DNA of 64,000 nucleotides from Lama guanicoe. Its lineage: Eukaryota. Position numbers and translations under genes: made by a program. Below the pieces are notes generated by a model. The model was not told the origin of the DNA. It searched no databases and saw only the letters and a program-made list of their open reading frames with translations. Each line of letters opens with the position of its first letter. Position 1 is the stretch's first letter. Positions 11,001-25,867 of this stretch are shown here, piece after piece. The stretch spans positions 3,770,161 to 3,834,160 of the forward strand of contig MU054323.1 of assembly GCA_013239625.1 (NCBI GenBank). Direction: 5' to 3'.

Positions 11001-13119
11001 GATTTTTCTACACTTCAACTACCTGAACATGAAAAAAAGGCTCTTTCATGCATTTAATCTACATGTCAGGGTTGCTAATTACAAGGAACGGTTGCATATT
11101 TGCAGAGATATTTACATAACTTATGATTACACTTAAACATTTGAAACATAGCTTCAAAATTTTCCTATAACCCATTCTTCTCAAGCTCCTGTCATTTTAT
11201 ACACTTCAGATTTATTTTATTTTGGATGCAAAATGCTCTTCTCCCTAGCTTAAAATCTCTTGGAATCCACTTCCTTTTGAGTCTGTCAGATTCAGAATCA
11301 CTAAGAAGTCAAACAGAAAATTAAGGATGCTCACAGGTCCATTGTAGATGATTCTGTACAAGCTGCTCTGTAGTACTACTACCTATTACAGAGCATCTGT
11401 TACTCCGAATTGAAGAGTGTTTTCCAGGCAGGCTCATAGTTCAGTGACTGGTGACAACAGCAAACCCATCCCCATGTCTACAGCTCCAGTAGTCTCACAT
11501 ACCTACTATGCCCTTTGGCAACATCAGCTTCCTCATGGTTAATAATGGCAAAGCTACACAGAATCTGAAAGGATGGCTAACTAAAACTTGGGAAAACAAG
11601 TGGTTAAGTCACAGCAAAAGGTTAGGCCCAAACAGCTGAAGGAAGTCCATGAACCCCAATACCAGGTAATGAAAATGGTAAGAATCTGTCCTCCTTTTAA
11701 TTTAGGAAAAATAAAGATGTATCAAAGATGTATGCATCTTAACATATCTTTTCCTTCAAGGTCTCTGATGGGGGTGCTCCTGCTCCACTGTCACCCAGAC
11801 ACACCAGCTTCCTGAAGGGAGTACCCCTCTTGGTAGGGCCACGGTATCTCCTATGCTCAGCCAAACCTCTGTGAGTTCCTGGGTCTTGCCACTGCCTCAC
11901 TGCACTTCCAAGGCCTCGGCTTCTACAGAGAGGGGCCAGGTGCCTCTGGGAAGGCCACTGCCTTCCCTAACAGGATTGGCCTGCATTTCCGAGGGCCTTT
12001 AAGCATCTCTGCCAACTCCTAAGTTGCAATTGACATACAAATATGATCATTTATTAATTTATTAAAAATGCCCCCACAGTATCTGAAAATGCTATATGAT
12101 GAAAACAGGAATCATATACTCTGTTACCAGTTCAAATGTTAGTCACCAACTAAAAAAATTCATTCATCTTAAAAGACCTTTAGGGGTAAAGGGCCATGAT
12201 ATATTTAACTTACTCTCAAGTAGTTCAGAAAGAAACATCATATATATACATTACTTACATATATGTACACACACACACACACACTTGCTCTCCCTACTCT
12301 GTCATATATATGTATGTCAGAGAGAAAGAGCAGAGGGCAAATGAGGTAAAATATTAACAACAGTAAATTGGAGTAAAACGAATATGGTGTCCTATTTACT
12401 CTTCTTATTCTCGCATCTCTTCTGTAAGTCTGAAATGATTTCCACGTAAAGCGTCAAAAAATTAAGTCCAGTCCCCCACTGCCCTCGGTCCCCCAGCCAC
12501 GGCACTTCTAACCCCCTTATCTTGCTCTACTCTTTTTTATCAAGGTAGGCTCACCTTCAAACATATTAATTTTTATGTTTATTACCATCCCCCCTTAGCA
12601 GACTGTGAACTCTGGGAAGGCGGGCTTCTTCCCTATTTTGTTTGCAGGGCCTGCATGTCCACACCAGGTGCTCAGCGACAGTGCATGGACACAGACAACT
12701 GAATGAATCAAAGTCAGGCTGAGGGACGGTCGCCCAGGACGCCTGCCTCATCCAATGCCCCTAAACAACTTCCCCTGTCCAGCTCCAGCTTGGGACCGGA
12801 GGTTTATTCTGTCTAGAAGTTGGAGAGAGCTTTCCAGGCACAGAGAAAGGCAGGGGAAAGAGCCATCATGAAAAGGGGATTAAGTGAAAGCCCCTGCACT
12901 GGCTGCTGACACTCTCACGTGCAAACACCAGCCTCTCCTGCTGCTTCATGTGGATGCTGCTGCCCTCAGGCAGCGGATCTGAAGATTTTGGGGGGAGAAA
13001 CTGAATGGCTTTTAGAGAAAAAACACACTGATAGTGACATTGGGGAATATCATCAAAAAAAAAAAATCAGGACACTTGTCCAATCACCCTGGAGTGAGGC
13101 TGCCTAGCTGACAAGGCCC

Positions 13120-13760
13120 ACTCCCACATAAAACCTAGGATTTTCAGTGCTTCTCTCCTGAGTATCAATAGGTAACAAAGGAATGTCAGACATTTGAGAA
13201 AGCTTCCCTAACAGTAGGTAGATCGACATAAGCAAAACATGAAAAGAGGAATTCAGAATGAATAGAGACAATGCAAAAGTACAATGAGACTCCAACAATC
13301 TGCTTTCCTCAGAGAGAGACAGTGATATCCATGAAATAAAAAGGATACTACAGAGAGGGAAGAAGGCACTAGAAGTTATCTTGGAAATTACTTGTATGAA
13401 GGCTGAAATCAAAAGTTTAATTAGATGAGTTCCAAGATAAGGTTGCGGAAAACCCCACATTTCTCCTTGTATAGAACTTTAAAAGACAGAAACAGTGGAA
13501 AATGAAATAAATCAAGAGAATCTTTCCTGGAAGTTTAACACATGAATAAAGAGAAAATTAGCAGAAAAAAAAAAAGAGACAAGTTTTCAGGAGGTAAGGA
13601 TGCCAGTTTCCAGGTTACAAAGGATAAACGGTCCAAGGAATATCATCACAAAATATAAATGAAGATTCCAAAACTGTCCAGAGAAAAAACAGGTCACATA
13701 AAGAACAAAACACTGGAAAGGGCACACTTCTCAAAGGCAAAGCGTGAAGGACTGGGAGCC
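13120..13760 (+). mobile_element. Highly decayed L1/HAL1 ORF1-region fragment
   Basis: A-rich purine-skewed tract with ORF1-region motifs (atcagacatttgagaaag-like, cttggaaatta..gctgaaat, aaaaacaggtcacataaagaac). Confidence 0.45.
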
Positions 13761-14322
13761 AGGCAGCAGCGGTAACGGAGTGAGGACAGTGGGCTGGCTC
13801 ACTGCAGAGCAACCTGCCTGCCAAGAACAATTAGAAAAGCTGGAAAGAGGTTTTGTTTTTTCAAAGTGACTTTGAAAGTATCAAAGGCAGAGGAGAGTTG
13901 AAAAGCCAAAATTCTAGAGAAAAAAGAAACTCAGAGAGGTGTGCTGCGACAGCTCTTCTTAGTTATTGACCAATTTGCAAGCAATGGCTATAAGGCTAAC
14001 ATGCTGAACTGTTTCTGGAAATTTGTGGCTCAAGGGTCAAGACTTGGGCGTTTGGTGCCCATTAAAGAGAAGGCACCCTGGGCTCTCAGAGGGAACCACT
14101 AGAGGGCTACTCCTTAATAGACCAGGCCTCACAAAGATAGCTTTGATTTAGTCCAGTTCCTCATGGCATTACAGTGATTGAGCCTCACTATAACTGCTAG
14201 TCAAAAGCAAAAGTAAATCCTCTCTGGAGGAAAATACACACATTGTCTTAACAATTTTTTTACCTTATAACACCAGGTATTCAATTAAAAAAGAACCTTA
14301 CCAAGCAGTGATGGTTTACTTA

Positions 14323-14535
14323 TGTGGTGATGGTTTATTTTCTGTGTCAATTTGACTGGGCCATGGGGGTACCAGATATTTGGTCAAACATTATCTGGGT
14401 GTGTCTGGGAGGGTGTTTTGGATGAGATTAACATTTGAATCAACAGACCTAGTAAAGCAGATGGCCCTCCCCAGTGTTAGTAGGCCTTATCCAATCAGCT
14501 GAAGGTCTGAATAAAACAGGAAGGTTAAGTAAGAG
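14323..14535 (+). mobile_element. MLT2 (ERVL) LTR, 5' part
   Basis: tgatggtttattttctgtgtcaatttgactgggcca...ccagatatttggtcaaacatt...gatgagattaacatttgaatc...ccctccccagtgt matches the MLT2 LTR start. Confidence 0.8.
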
Positions 14536-16771
14536 GTAGTAGGTTATGAAAGAGGAAAGGCTGAATCTTCAACACTCAGTCTGGCTAACAACAGCAGCTC
14601 CCTCAACTACGCTGGTGAGATGAAGTTATTTGCTGAAATGGAGTTTCTGGACTGTCTACCAACTTGATTCATGTGTGTTTCCTCTGGTCTCTTTATGACT
14701 GATACTGGGAAATGATTTACTGTCTGGTTTCCTAGGGACAGGTTGCCACAAATGATGCTGGCTTCAGTCTTTTTCCATTCATCAATATACTTCCCTGCTA
14801 CCTGATAATTTGGCTTCTTCCCAGCCAAATACAATTGGTCTGAACCTGGAAAGCAAGATCTCAAAGCAACCACATTTCATCTTTGTGAAGCATCTTTCAT
14901 TTAGTGCCTGCTAGGCTTTTTCCACTTCAGGGAATTTTTTGTGGCCTACACTGCATATTGTTCACAGATTTTCCATATAAGCAAGAGGGAGGGTAAAAAA
15001 GTCTCATGCACACAGAGTAACCATATTAAAGAGATTTTTCCTTCCTTAAAGATCATAATTATAATTCTCATCTCCACAAACTGACAGACCTGAAAGAATC
15101 TTCCGGCTGGAACACAATAGCCACAAAAAAATGATTTCACAGAATTCTGCTCATCTGTTTCCACTCTCTTCTATGTTATCTTTTCTCTGACTGCTACGCT
15201 CCACCCCCGAAGGCTCTAATTTGCTCTTCTGTGAACACTCAGTTCCTTAGCATAACAAGGTCTAAATGCAGCAAGGCACAAGCTATATTTTTCAGACCTG
15301 TATCCATCCAATTTCCATCATAGTCACAAAGACAACATCTCTGCCTTACTCACACCCCTGAGCCTCTTAAAGTCCTCACCACTATAAACCTCACGGTCTG
15401 ATGAGATTCCAATGAGGTCTGCTTCACCCTAGCAGTAGGATGAATGATGATGCTAATCCCAACCTGTGATTTTGTTATCACATTCAAATAACAATCAGGA
15501 GGCAGGCCATCAAAATATATACCTATCAACAATTCAAATGATTTTCAGGGGTAGGGGAAGGCAGGGTTTATAAAAAATTGCAAGGAAGGGCAAAAGCCTA
15601 GCTAACTGAGTAGAGCAGGAAGAGTTAAAAGGCCAGGATAGCGCAACTGCCAAAGATGCTGCTACCAACTTAGTGCCGATACTGGTCTCAGGGGTGGGTT
15701 CTCCTGCAGAGAAACCATGAAGTTGACATTATCCTTTTTCTTTCTCCTTGTATTTGTTGTCTCTTGCTGTGTAACAAATTACCAAAAACTTTATTTCTCA
15801 TGAATCAACTTTCTGTTATGAAGTCATAAAATCAAATTGCTTTTTTTTTAAAAGAAGAAAGAAAACACATAACGATTAAGTGATTATAATAGTGAAGATA
15901 TATATGCCATCAAAGGAAATTTTAGGAACAAAAAGTAAATAGAAAAAAAAAATCACTCTAAAATTCACCAAACACAACCACTATATTCACTTTGGTAATT
16001 TTATTTTCAAATTTTTAAATGTATGTTTTCTTTCGATATAGAGTTGTACTCTATATTCTCTTTATATTTTAACATCTTTAATACTCTATAATAAACTTTC
16101 ATGTATCACAGTGTCTTTTGAAAATATAATTTTAATAGTTGCACATTCCATATTCAAACTTTTAGAGTTGGACATTGGGATGCTTCCAATTTTTTGATAC
16201 AATAAATAATATTTTTGTAATGAATGTGTTCTCCATCTTTGAGATTATTTTCGTAGTAGAGATTCCAAAGAAAATAATTCGTAGGTTTAAAGGGTATGCA
16301 TTTTTTTTCTGGTAACACACGATCATTGTAAAAAAGCAGAAACAATGTAGTCTCCACCTCCAATACACCCTTACCTCTAACCCCTCAGAGGTAACCACTA
16401 TAAGTTACCTGGTGTTTACCTGTTCAGACTTTCTAAAAATGAGCATAGAAGTATAAATACACACAACCATGAACTTTTTCTTTAAAATAGTGCAATAGTA
16501 GCAACTCATTCCAATAACTGTTGACGTACATTCATCCAACATTAAGTACTACTGTAGCCAGTAGGCAGACATTATTAAGTACTACTATGCACTAGTTTAT
16601 TAAGCACTGTGTCACACATTGTGCTAAGTACACATTTTTGGATAGATTTTATTAACCAGCTGTTCTTCAGTGAATTACCTGTTCAAGTCCTTTGCACCTG
16701 TATCTGAGAAGCTGCTGTTCTTTTTACTGATGTCTACAAGTTCCTTCTTATAAGAAATTAAACTTTTAGCC

Positions 16772-16955
16772 TTGTGGTTAAGAACATGGACTCTGGAGTC
16801 AAACAAATGTGGGTTCAACTCCTAGCACAGTCCCTTATTAGCTGTCTAACCTTGAACAAGTTATTTCTGTCCTTTCTAAGTCTCAGTTTCCTCATGTACA
16901 AAATGGGAAGAGAATAGCCCCCTTCAAGAGTTGGTGAAAGAATTAAATAAGATCC
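16772..16955 (+). mobile_element. MIR SINE
   Basis: gtggttaagaacatggactctggagtc...gggttcaact...ctcagtttcctcatgtacaaaatggg. Confidence 0.85.
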
Positions 16956-18591
16956 ATAAATTATAATTATAGTAATATATAATAAATAATAATTATAGTA
17001 AAAGTTGATAATAATTTAATCTTTAATTATTCTAAATATCTACAAGAGAATTAGGTATCTTAAATGCATTTTTTACATTCTAATAAATAATAATATAAAA
17101 AAAGCCCACATTTTCCTTTCTTATTAAATAAAAACAAAATAAAAAGAGGGTATTGCATTATCCTCTCTGGTCTAAGCATGGAAAGTCATGGGACAAATTA
17201 ATTACTTTTAAAATCATGAACTCTTACATCAAATTTCTTTATAATAAATTATTCTCAGGTCCATCTACACCTTTCCTTAAACAATCTCACATACTATTTT
17301 AAGAGGCTACTTGTGTTATAAAAGTAATCTGTGGTAAATTTAGAATGTTAAGTCTCTTTGGATACTACAGTAATCTTCAAAGGCATGGTTACTTTTTTTT
17401 TTTTTTTACTTTTTTCCTACTTCCCTAAAATTTACAAATATATTAACTTTTACAATAGGAAAGAAAAATCTTTTAATTTAAAGAAAGATATTGCAAATCA
17501 ATTGTAAAAAGACATTTGAGGAGGGGAGTGCACTAAGAAAACCTCAGTAGGTACTATACTAGATAATACCAGAGAATTACCATTGATTTTGTTAGGTGTG
17601 GTAATGACCTGGTAGTTATATAAGGAAAAAGTCCTTTTTAAAGATACACAATGAAGTATTCAGCGTGAAATATCATGAATGCTATAATTTATCTGAAAGT
17701 ATATGAGAAAAAAAATGAGGTAAAGATAAAATATCAGTAGCTATGTTAATCTAGGTAATGGTTATCTGGAGATTCATTACACAATTATTTTTATTTCTGT
17801 TTGAAATTTTTCATAATAAAAATTTTAAATGATCAATTAAAAAAGATGTCTCTTTTTCCTTTCCATTTATATTAGCTTAGGTAGCTACATTCATGCTTCA
17901 CCAAGAAGGGTTGCAACTGAAGACATATACCTTAAACTGCTTACACACAGCTCCCAGGTCATGCTTAAGTCTCAATCTCACAAGCTGGGGAACCAGTGTT
18001 TAGCTAAAGGTCCACATGCAACAGACTGGTGACTTCTGTCACCAGGAATATATTCTCAAAATTGGTTACAATGCCACAAATACAACTACTTCAGTGTCTA
18101 AACATATAAAAATATAGAGTTTGCTGGAATGCAGACGGCCCTTGCAGAACAAAAGACTGAGAACCTGCACACAAAAAAGCAGAGATTAAATCAGCTTCCA
18201 TCGACAGATTTCTGCTACCTTGCAGCTTAAATCTTGGAACTTAATACTTCAAAGAAATGAGAATGAAATCTATGGTCCCATCCCAGGTCTGACCCTGATA
18301 ACTCATGGAAATGAGAAAATATGTCTTGGTTGTGTGGCTTGCCTGAACAAGCCAAGTATCAGCAAATCAAGGGGGCTTGCTGTGCTTGTGGATACAGCCG
18401 TAGGTGCAAAGAGCTGGAATACATGGAATACAGAAAAGATCTTTCTTTTAGAGAACTTGATTAGTATTCTTGTGCATCCAAGAACAATATGAGAAGACAT
18501 GGCTGATATGTCACAGAAAGACTAAGGACAGAGTTAATTGTCCATAACATCCTACAACATTCTATGTTCCAAGCTTTTGGAAAGCTTGAGT

Positions 18592-18763
18592 TGGTGGTTC
18601 TCAAACTAGAGCATGCAACACAGTCGCCTGCAGCACTTGTTAAAACACTGATTGGTGGGTCTCAGCCCTAGAGATTAAGATTCTGTAGGTCTGGGTGGGG
18701 CCCAATAATTTGCATTTCTAACAAGATCCCAAGTGATGCTGATATGGCTTTCAGAACTACTGG
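18592..18763. mobile_element. MER5A-type hAT-Charlie MITE
   Basis: gtggttctcaaact...cttgttaaaacactgatt...ctgtaggtctgggtggggccc..aatttgcatttctaacaag...gaactactg. Confidence 0.8.
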
Positions 18764-19119
18764 CTCAGATATTTGAATCAGTGCCTTGTGTCATCAATTA
18801 TATTTTACTCACAACTACTCCTGGGCCAGGAAGAAGTGATAAAATGTGTTTAGGCAGTAAGTGTAAGGCTTTCTCTGGATAGTAGCCACTTCACTTCATT
18901 TGCCCTGCATGTCCCTTTAAACACATCTCACTAACTCCCAATATATATATAAAAGACCTTTGAGAGGATGGGGGGAATTTTTCATATCTGACAGTATATC
19001 ATGGATACACAAATATTAAAACAGCTCAATATTTAAAACTGAGAAGTGTACAGAAATTCTCAGATGAAATGCATTAAATAAAGTACTAAGTATTAACATG
19101 CATGAAGAATGTTCTATTA

Positions 19120-19395
19120 TAAACCTCTGTTTTCACTTTCTTGCAGCTTTCCAAAAAATTAGCCCTTTGTGGTGAAATTTTCCATGCTTGATTTCAGCCC
19201 AAAGGTGATTTTTTTTGCAAAGTTTGAAAAAAATATATTAAATAGTTTTTGAGTTATGAAAAGATGAAAAAAGCCCACACAATTTTTTCCACTTTGAAAG
19301 CAATTTCAGGATCTTTTTTTAATATGCAGATAACTAAAAAATGGCTGAAGTTGAAAAACTGAAACTTTCCATGTGTCCAACTTTCAGCAAGGTTG
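19120..19395 (+). repeat. MER121-like ancient conserved repeat
   Basis: gaaattttccatgcttgatttcagcccaaaggtgattttttttgcaaagtttgaaaaaa...tttttgagttatg resembles the recalled MER121 consensus; internal direct and inverted repeats present. Confidence 0.55.
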
Positions 19396-20699
19396 TCCCT
19401 GGGTAATTCAGAAAAGATAATGTGTGTGTGCACCCACATAAACAGATAAACATATATATTTAAACGCGTAAGTGATTAGAAAAATAGCATTTCATCATAT
19501 TCAATACAAACCTTCCTCAGAGTTGGGATTTGTTTTCTGAAATGGAGAGTCTTTCACAAACCAGAGTAGTTGTTGACCGCCTGACCCCTGTGGATTTTCA
19601 CATACAGGCTTTCACTACTGGGTCATGCAGATACAACCCTAGAACTACTGTGCACTGTGTCTGCAGAACCCTCCAGTTCCCTTCATATTCTAGCTCCCTT
19701 CTGCCCCAGCTCAGTTCTAGGGCTCTGATTTCACTTGAGTTTAATTTCTGCTCTTGGTCCACGCCTCACTACCAACTCTCTTGATCTTCTATGCTCCAGA
19801 GACTCAGACATGTTCTCGTTTCTCCCGATTCTCTCCGATCTCCCCGGAAAGCATTCACCCACTTCCCGCTAAAACCGTCCTTGTGTATTTGAAGAACACA
19901 AGTACTAAAGAAATAACAGTAGAAAGTTTAGGTCAAATAGGTTTTGATGGTTTGTCAAAGTAACTTACTCTAATTATTTATAATCATAACCTTCCTAACT
20001 AACTCACCTGAAGACTGATGATGGAAAAGGTAGAGAACAGAACACAGTCCTAGTTCTGCCATTTACTACCTAACTGACGTATGGAAAAGACATACACTCT
20101 TTGGAACTTCAATCTCCTTATCTGTAAAATGGGAAAAATTAGGTTGTTAAATGACCTTATTAATGTGAACATGTTTTGTAAATTTCAAATGAATGTTGGG
20201 TATAACTATTAATAATGATAATGACCTTAATATTTAACTGTTTCAGGTTTCTGGACTGAAATGAAGAATCAAGTATAAGCACATGTATTAAATAAAGAAC
20301 CAAGCAAAAGGCATAAAAACACTTTTGCAAGAATGTGAAAATTAAGAAAAATCCAATTTTCCTGCTTTTCAAGTGTGTAGGCTTAACAAAGAGAAAGAAA
20401 TGTGCTCCAGCAAATGTTCCTATTTCTCTTTCATTTTAAACATCACTTCTTGGATGGTCTATTCCTCTCAGCATATGCTAAATTCTCTCCCATTTGTAGT
20501 AAAAAAAAAAAAATGTTCCCTTGACCAGCTTCTTCTTTAAGTTATCATCTTGTCTTCTCTCCTAACTTCTTGCAACTTCCTTCTCCCATTATTTCACTAA
20601 AAATGTTCTCTTCCAGGTGATCAATGACCTTCTGACTACTAATACCAGAAGCTTAAGTTCTCCTTCCCTTCAATAGTTCTTACACTCAACTCCTTTGCC

Positions 20700-21190
20700 T
20701 TATTCCAGTGATCTGCTACTACTTAACATACCATCCCCAAACTTACGGTTTAAAACCACAATGATTATTCTTTCTGATTCTGTGGGACAGGAATTCAAAC
20801 AGGGCTCAGCTAGACTTCTGCTCCATATGGCATTGGCTTGGGTCACTCACTCAGCTGCATTCAGTAGCAGATGGGATAGGCTGGAAAGTCCAAGAAAGCT
20901 TCACTTACGTCTGATGCCTCATGATCCTCCTATGTGGCCAGGCTGGGCTTTCTCACAGCGTGGTGGTCTCAGGGCTGCTACACTTCTAATCTGGTAGCTG
21001 GCTCCCAGGAGGGGGAAAATGGAAGCCTCCTTAATATCTGGGCTTGGAACTACCACAACATTACCTCCACTGTATCCCATTGGTGAAACCAAGTCACATG
21101 CCCAGCCCAAATTCAAAGGGGAGAGGAAAGAGACTTCAGGTCTTAAGAGAGGAATGGTAAAGAATCTGTGACCATCTTTAATCTGCCACA
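20700..21190 (-). mobile_element. MaLR LTR (old MLT1)
   Basis: ccccaaactta..ggtttaaaac, gattctgtgggacaggaattc, aagtcacatgcccagcccaaattcaaaggg; ends ccatctttaatctgccaca. Confidence 0.75.
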
Positions 21191-24100
21191 TATCTATGCC
21201 TTTCTAGACATTCTCCTTTTTCTTCTCTTTGCTTCTGTGGTATAATCTAGTCTAGGTTAATGATTTTCCATTTTTTTACCTTGATCCACAATAAGAGACA
21301 CATTTTACACTGTAATAAAGGATATCAATACACACTTATAAAAAGTGAAATAAAAGTTCTACAACATATAACTCTATAATAATAAAATATACTCTAATAT
21401 TTTCTATTTTACTCTGGTTTTTTAAATTATTTTTTTATTGTTTACAGACACAAGCTTCCCTTCTCTGAGGAGGACTGTACTACTCCACTATTGGCAGACT
21501 TGGTCAAGTGACTTGCTCTGCCTAACGCGGTATAAGGAGTGACAAATGTCACTTCCAGGCAGAGGTTTTAAAATACACTGTATGGTTCACTATTTCCTTT
21601 TTATTCTCTGTCGTGAGACTGGAATATTCCAGCTACTCCATCAACCTGGATTCTGGAATAACACTGCATAGAGAGAACTATACGAGAACTATACTATGCC
21701 TCTAAAGGACTCATAAACAACAAAAAAATCTTTGTTGTTAAAAGCCCCTGACACGTGCTACCATGGCATAGTCTACCATATCTTGATTAATCCATTAGTT
21801 GCAACCCACTGAACTGAATTAAGGATCCACTAATAGACTGCAGCCAATAGTTTGGAAAATTATTATATCTTTGGCCTTTTTCTCTGCTTTCTCCTTTTCA
21901 TCCTCCTTTCCGCCAAATGAAGTCATTCCCCTAATATACATCCATGACCTGTTTCTTTTCTCTTCATTTCCCTGGGCAAATCCTATACACTGTCTTCATT
22001 AATTCTCACTTGGACTAGCAAACCTGCCTATCACTCGGTTGTTCACTTTTTACTCTATACTCTCTCCATTTCATTTTCCTTTTCACTGAGATATTAATTT
22101 ACCTGATGCATGACTATCATTATCACAGATCCTTCAGTCGCTTCTTGCTGTCCAGAAAATAGTCCAAACTTTATTGCCCCTCTACTCCATCAACCTAAGT
22201 TTTCGCATCCCACTGCTCTCTACACGCACACTATGCTGCATCTGAATCAGACCATCCACTGCTCTCTTCAGCTGTCCAGTGATAAAAACAATTTCCCTTT
22301 TTTTCATACATTTCTCTACTGCTTAGAATGCATATAAGCCCCCCTCTCCGCAAAAAAACCATCACATTCTGTTTTTAAATACTGACTCATCTTTCCTCTG
22401 TTCAAATACCAGCTCTTCCATGATACTTTTTTTTTTTTTTTGGATCTTCCCAGTTAGAAATCACCTCTTTTTTCAAACACTCAGAGCCTCACACTACTCC
22501 TCACTTTGCCTTCTGTTTCTTATACTTATCCAGGGACAGGATTCTGACAACAGTTACTTTGACAAATGAATCATCTCTTATTCTTCCCCCACCTCCAGAT
22601 TATCTCAGCTGGTAAACACAACTTAGTGATGTTATATAAATGTTTCTCACAGGCATGTCTAAGTTTGACTGTAGACACACAGGTTCATCAGAATGGTGTA
22701 AGTACATCACAGTCTCAAGAATCTTACTATTTCCAGAATATCTGAATTAATTTTTTTCCTAAAATTACTCCTGAATCAACATATACATGATCTAATACGT
22801 TATTTTGACTCTTTCGTAAAGTTTTTGAGCTTCTCAGCTATACTTTTGGTGTGTTTGGTGTGTTTTGAGTATCTACAAAACCACTGGGGATCCCAAAAGA
22901 AACAAAAGAAAAAAAGTTATTTTGTAATTGCTGAGAGCAATAAAATAAATTCCATTTACTTAATTTTGTCAATTTTACTCTTGTATCTTCATTTAAGATG
23001 TGTTCATTCTTACTTGAGACAAAATTCTAACACAGTTATCTGTTTTCTCTGTTCGAAGCAAATGAGTAGCAACAAAGAGTAAGCAGGGAAGAGAAAAGGC
23101 ACCTAACACTGAGGGAGGAGATAAAAAAAAAAACTTTAAAGAAACAGATATGAGAATTCTTTTTTAAAAAAGCACTATCATCTAAGAAATTTCAGGACAC
23201 AGGCAAAAATCCCTGTTATTTTACTGTAGTAAATAACAATATTAAAATGATGTCCTTGAATCATTAGGAAAAAATTCTTCCATAATCAATGTGCATTGTT
23301 GGAGAAGGCAGATAAGTAAAAAACATATTTTAGACAAATTTTTACCCAACTGAATAAGTAGTCTAGGGCTTAAAGGAGTGAGTTTAAGTGATCTGGAAAT
23401 TTCATTTAGAGAGAAGGTATTTTTGCCAACCAGACAGACAAAGGAAACTCTATGTTATTGTGCATTTTCCCCAAGGAAGGCCAAATAATATAAAAAATTT
23501 AGTTTTGAAGGATCTGATACCCCTGGAAGGGGAGGAAGTGTTATCATTAAATGCTGTATAAATTCTTAGAGGAAAATGAAAGTTAGATTACTTGAATTTC
23601 GCTTCATGACTCAGTACAGAACCCAGTTAAGAACTGAGGGCTTTCAACTCCTAACTTTGAACTTAAAGCAAACAATTTACTGGTAAAATCAGATGGCACA
23701 TTTAAACATACAGAGGATTGATGCTGAGGTAGACAGATAGTGGGGGTAAGATGATTACTTTTTTGTTTCCGTGTCACCCCTTTCTGCCCCCAAATGCTAG
23801 AGCAGTATTCATTGGGTCTTCTGCTCCAAGAGCTGCAATGTAATGAGTTGCATGAAGCTAGCTGTATATATTCCAGAAACGAACCATGCTATCTGAGGCT
23901 CGGCTCTGCCATCAACCAAAGCTTCAAAGAACCATCAGGTATCTTCTTAGACTCTCTTTATACCCACAGTTAATATAACCATACCCCACTCCTAGATTCA
24001 GACAGTGCCGAGGCTGAATCCTGGCAAGGCCCTTTTCAATCAGTTCCTACCTTTAAAGCTAAAGATGGGACTAGACTATCTTTAAAGGTCTTATGAATCT

Positions 24101-25368
24101 GAAATTGTGTTTATTATTTTAAGTCACAACAGTACTATTTAACAATCTCTCAATTATTATTTTCTCAAGCTTTTAAAAAAATCCTTCACTCTGGACATTA
24201 CTGTCAAAATATATGAGTATTTTCTATAAATCTTTATAACAAATTTGCTTAAAGAAAAAAAGTTTTAATAATAGATTTTTAAAAAGACAATTATTTCATT
24301 TAGTACATTAAAACAGGTCAGACAATATGTCTAAAATATGCAATAAGTCTCTTAAAATGATTTTAAGACCAAAGTTTCCTATAATTAGTTACAAAAATAT
24401 TATAACGAATTGAACCAAAATAAAGCCAAATAAACCAGCTACTAAACTACACATATGTCCTCAAAATCTTATGGGAGTCAAATATTCCAGTAAAAATAAC
24501 AGAAGAGATGGAAACACAAGTTTCTTATTATCACACTTCATATGTTATAAAACATAACAGTTAACTTATTTTTGGCAAAATGATTAGGGATTGCAACATT
24601 CTGGCTAACACAACTTATTTGATTGTCAAATGCATCTTAAATGGAGCGTGTCATGCTAACTTCAGGCATGTAGGCACTGTGCCGTCTTAGAGTAGCCCAG
24701 AGACACTGAAATTTCAACACTTCAGCAGGGATCACACCACCAATACTAAGTGGGCCAGGTGTTTAAAGAGGGGTCGGGGCAGGGGGTGTACCTCAACAAT
24801 GTAGTTAATTGAAACCAGATAAAGTTTTTGAATAATAAAAAACAATCATACAGATGTTCAGCCTCCTCCCCGGGTGACCTTTATGGACAATTTATTGCAT
24901 GCGTTATTTTCTAGAGTACGCCCTTTTTAAGGAAACAGTTTCTCATGTCTCTCTGAAAACTCTATAACTACAGTATGAGTTATGTCTCCACCAACAGACT
25001 AGGTTAAGCTCATGTTTCATCTGCCTTTTGCCTTTTCACCACTGTTTCTGCAAGGGCAAGAACACCTGAAAGCAGAGCACTAATTAGAAAGTTATAAAGC
25101 TGAGGAAGCTGTAAGAAGCTACACTAACCTTAAGATGTAGTGTACTTCTTTCCCAACAGACACTGTGAACGCAAGCCAAAAAAGAGAGATGGGTTCAAAA
25201 CAAATGTGTTGAACAACTGTTTTAAAATATGCGTTAGAGAAATTATACATTACATTAAGAATGGATGTGGAGCAAACAAACAAAAACCAAAAGGGAAGAC
25301 CTGTGATTAAGTTAACAAACTGTGACGAATTCAGAAATGGGTATTTTTCCCCTATGTTTATAGAATAG

Positions 25369-25867
25369 TGTATTTGTCAGGGTTCTTAAAACAGAATCCA
25401 TGTATACATAAATATGGATATAGATAAAAGAACATTTATTACAGGAATTGGCTCACACAATTATGGAGGCCAAGAAGTTCCAAAATATGCCATCTGTAAG
25501 CTGGGAACCAGGAAAGCCAGTTGTATCATTCAGTCTGAGCTCCAGGACCTGAGAACTAGGGGAAAAGATGAGGCTGAAGGCGTGAGAAACTGGAACTCCA
25601 ATGTCTGAGAGCAGAAGATGGCTATCTCAGCTCAAGAAAAGAGAGAGAAAGAATTCACCCTTCCTGGAAGTTTCTGTTGTATTTGGGCCCTCAACAGATT
25701 TGATGATGCCCACCCACAATGGTGAAGGCAGATCTTTATTTACTCAGTCTAATTCAAATGCTAATTTCCTCCAGAAACAGACATACTCACAGACACACTC
25801 AAATGTTTCACCAGCTATCTGAGTATCCCTTAGCCTAATCAAGTTGACATGTAAAATTACCATCACA
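25369..25867 (-). mobile_element. MLT2 (ERVL) LTR
   Basis: gaattggctcacacaattatggaggcc..., gatttgatgatgcccacccaca; ends tcaagttgacatgtaaaattaccatcaca (reverse complement of the MLT2 start). Confidence 0.85.

Noticed and set aside
14540..15540. Possible second processed pseudogene after the truncated MLT2
   Set aside because: The frames I translated on both strands gave no recognisable protein.
16541..16610. Short repeats of attaagtactact
   Set aside because: Two to three degenerate copies in AT-rich DNA, with no CRISPR-like regularity; ordinary local duplication.
18220..18492. ORF with KSRGLAVLV, loosely like a LINE endonuclease motif
   Set aside because: A single short motif without the other conserved endonuclease residues; not supportable.
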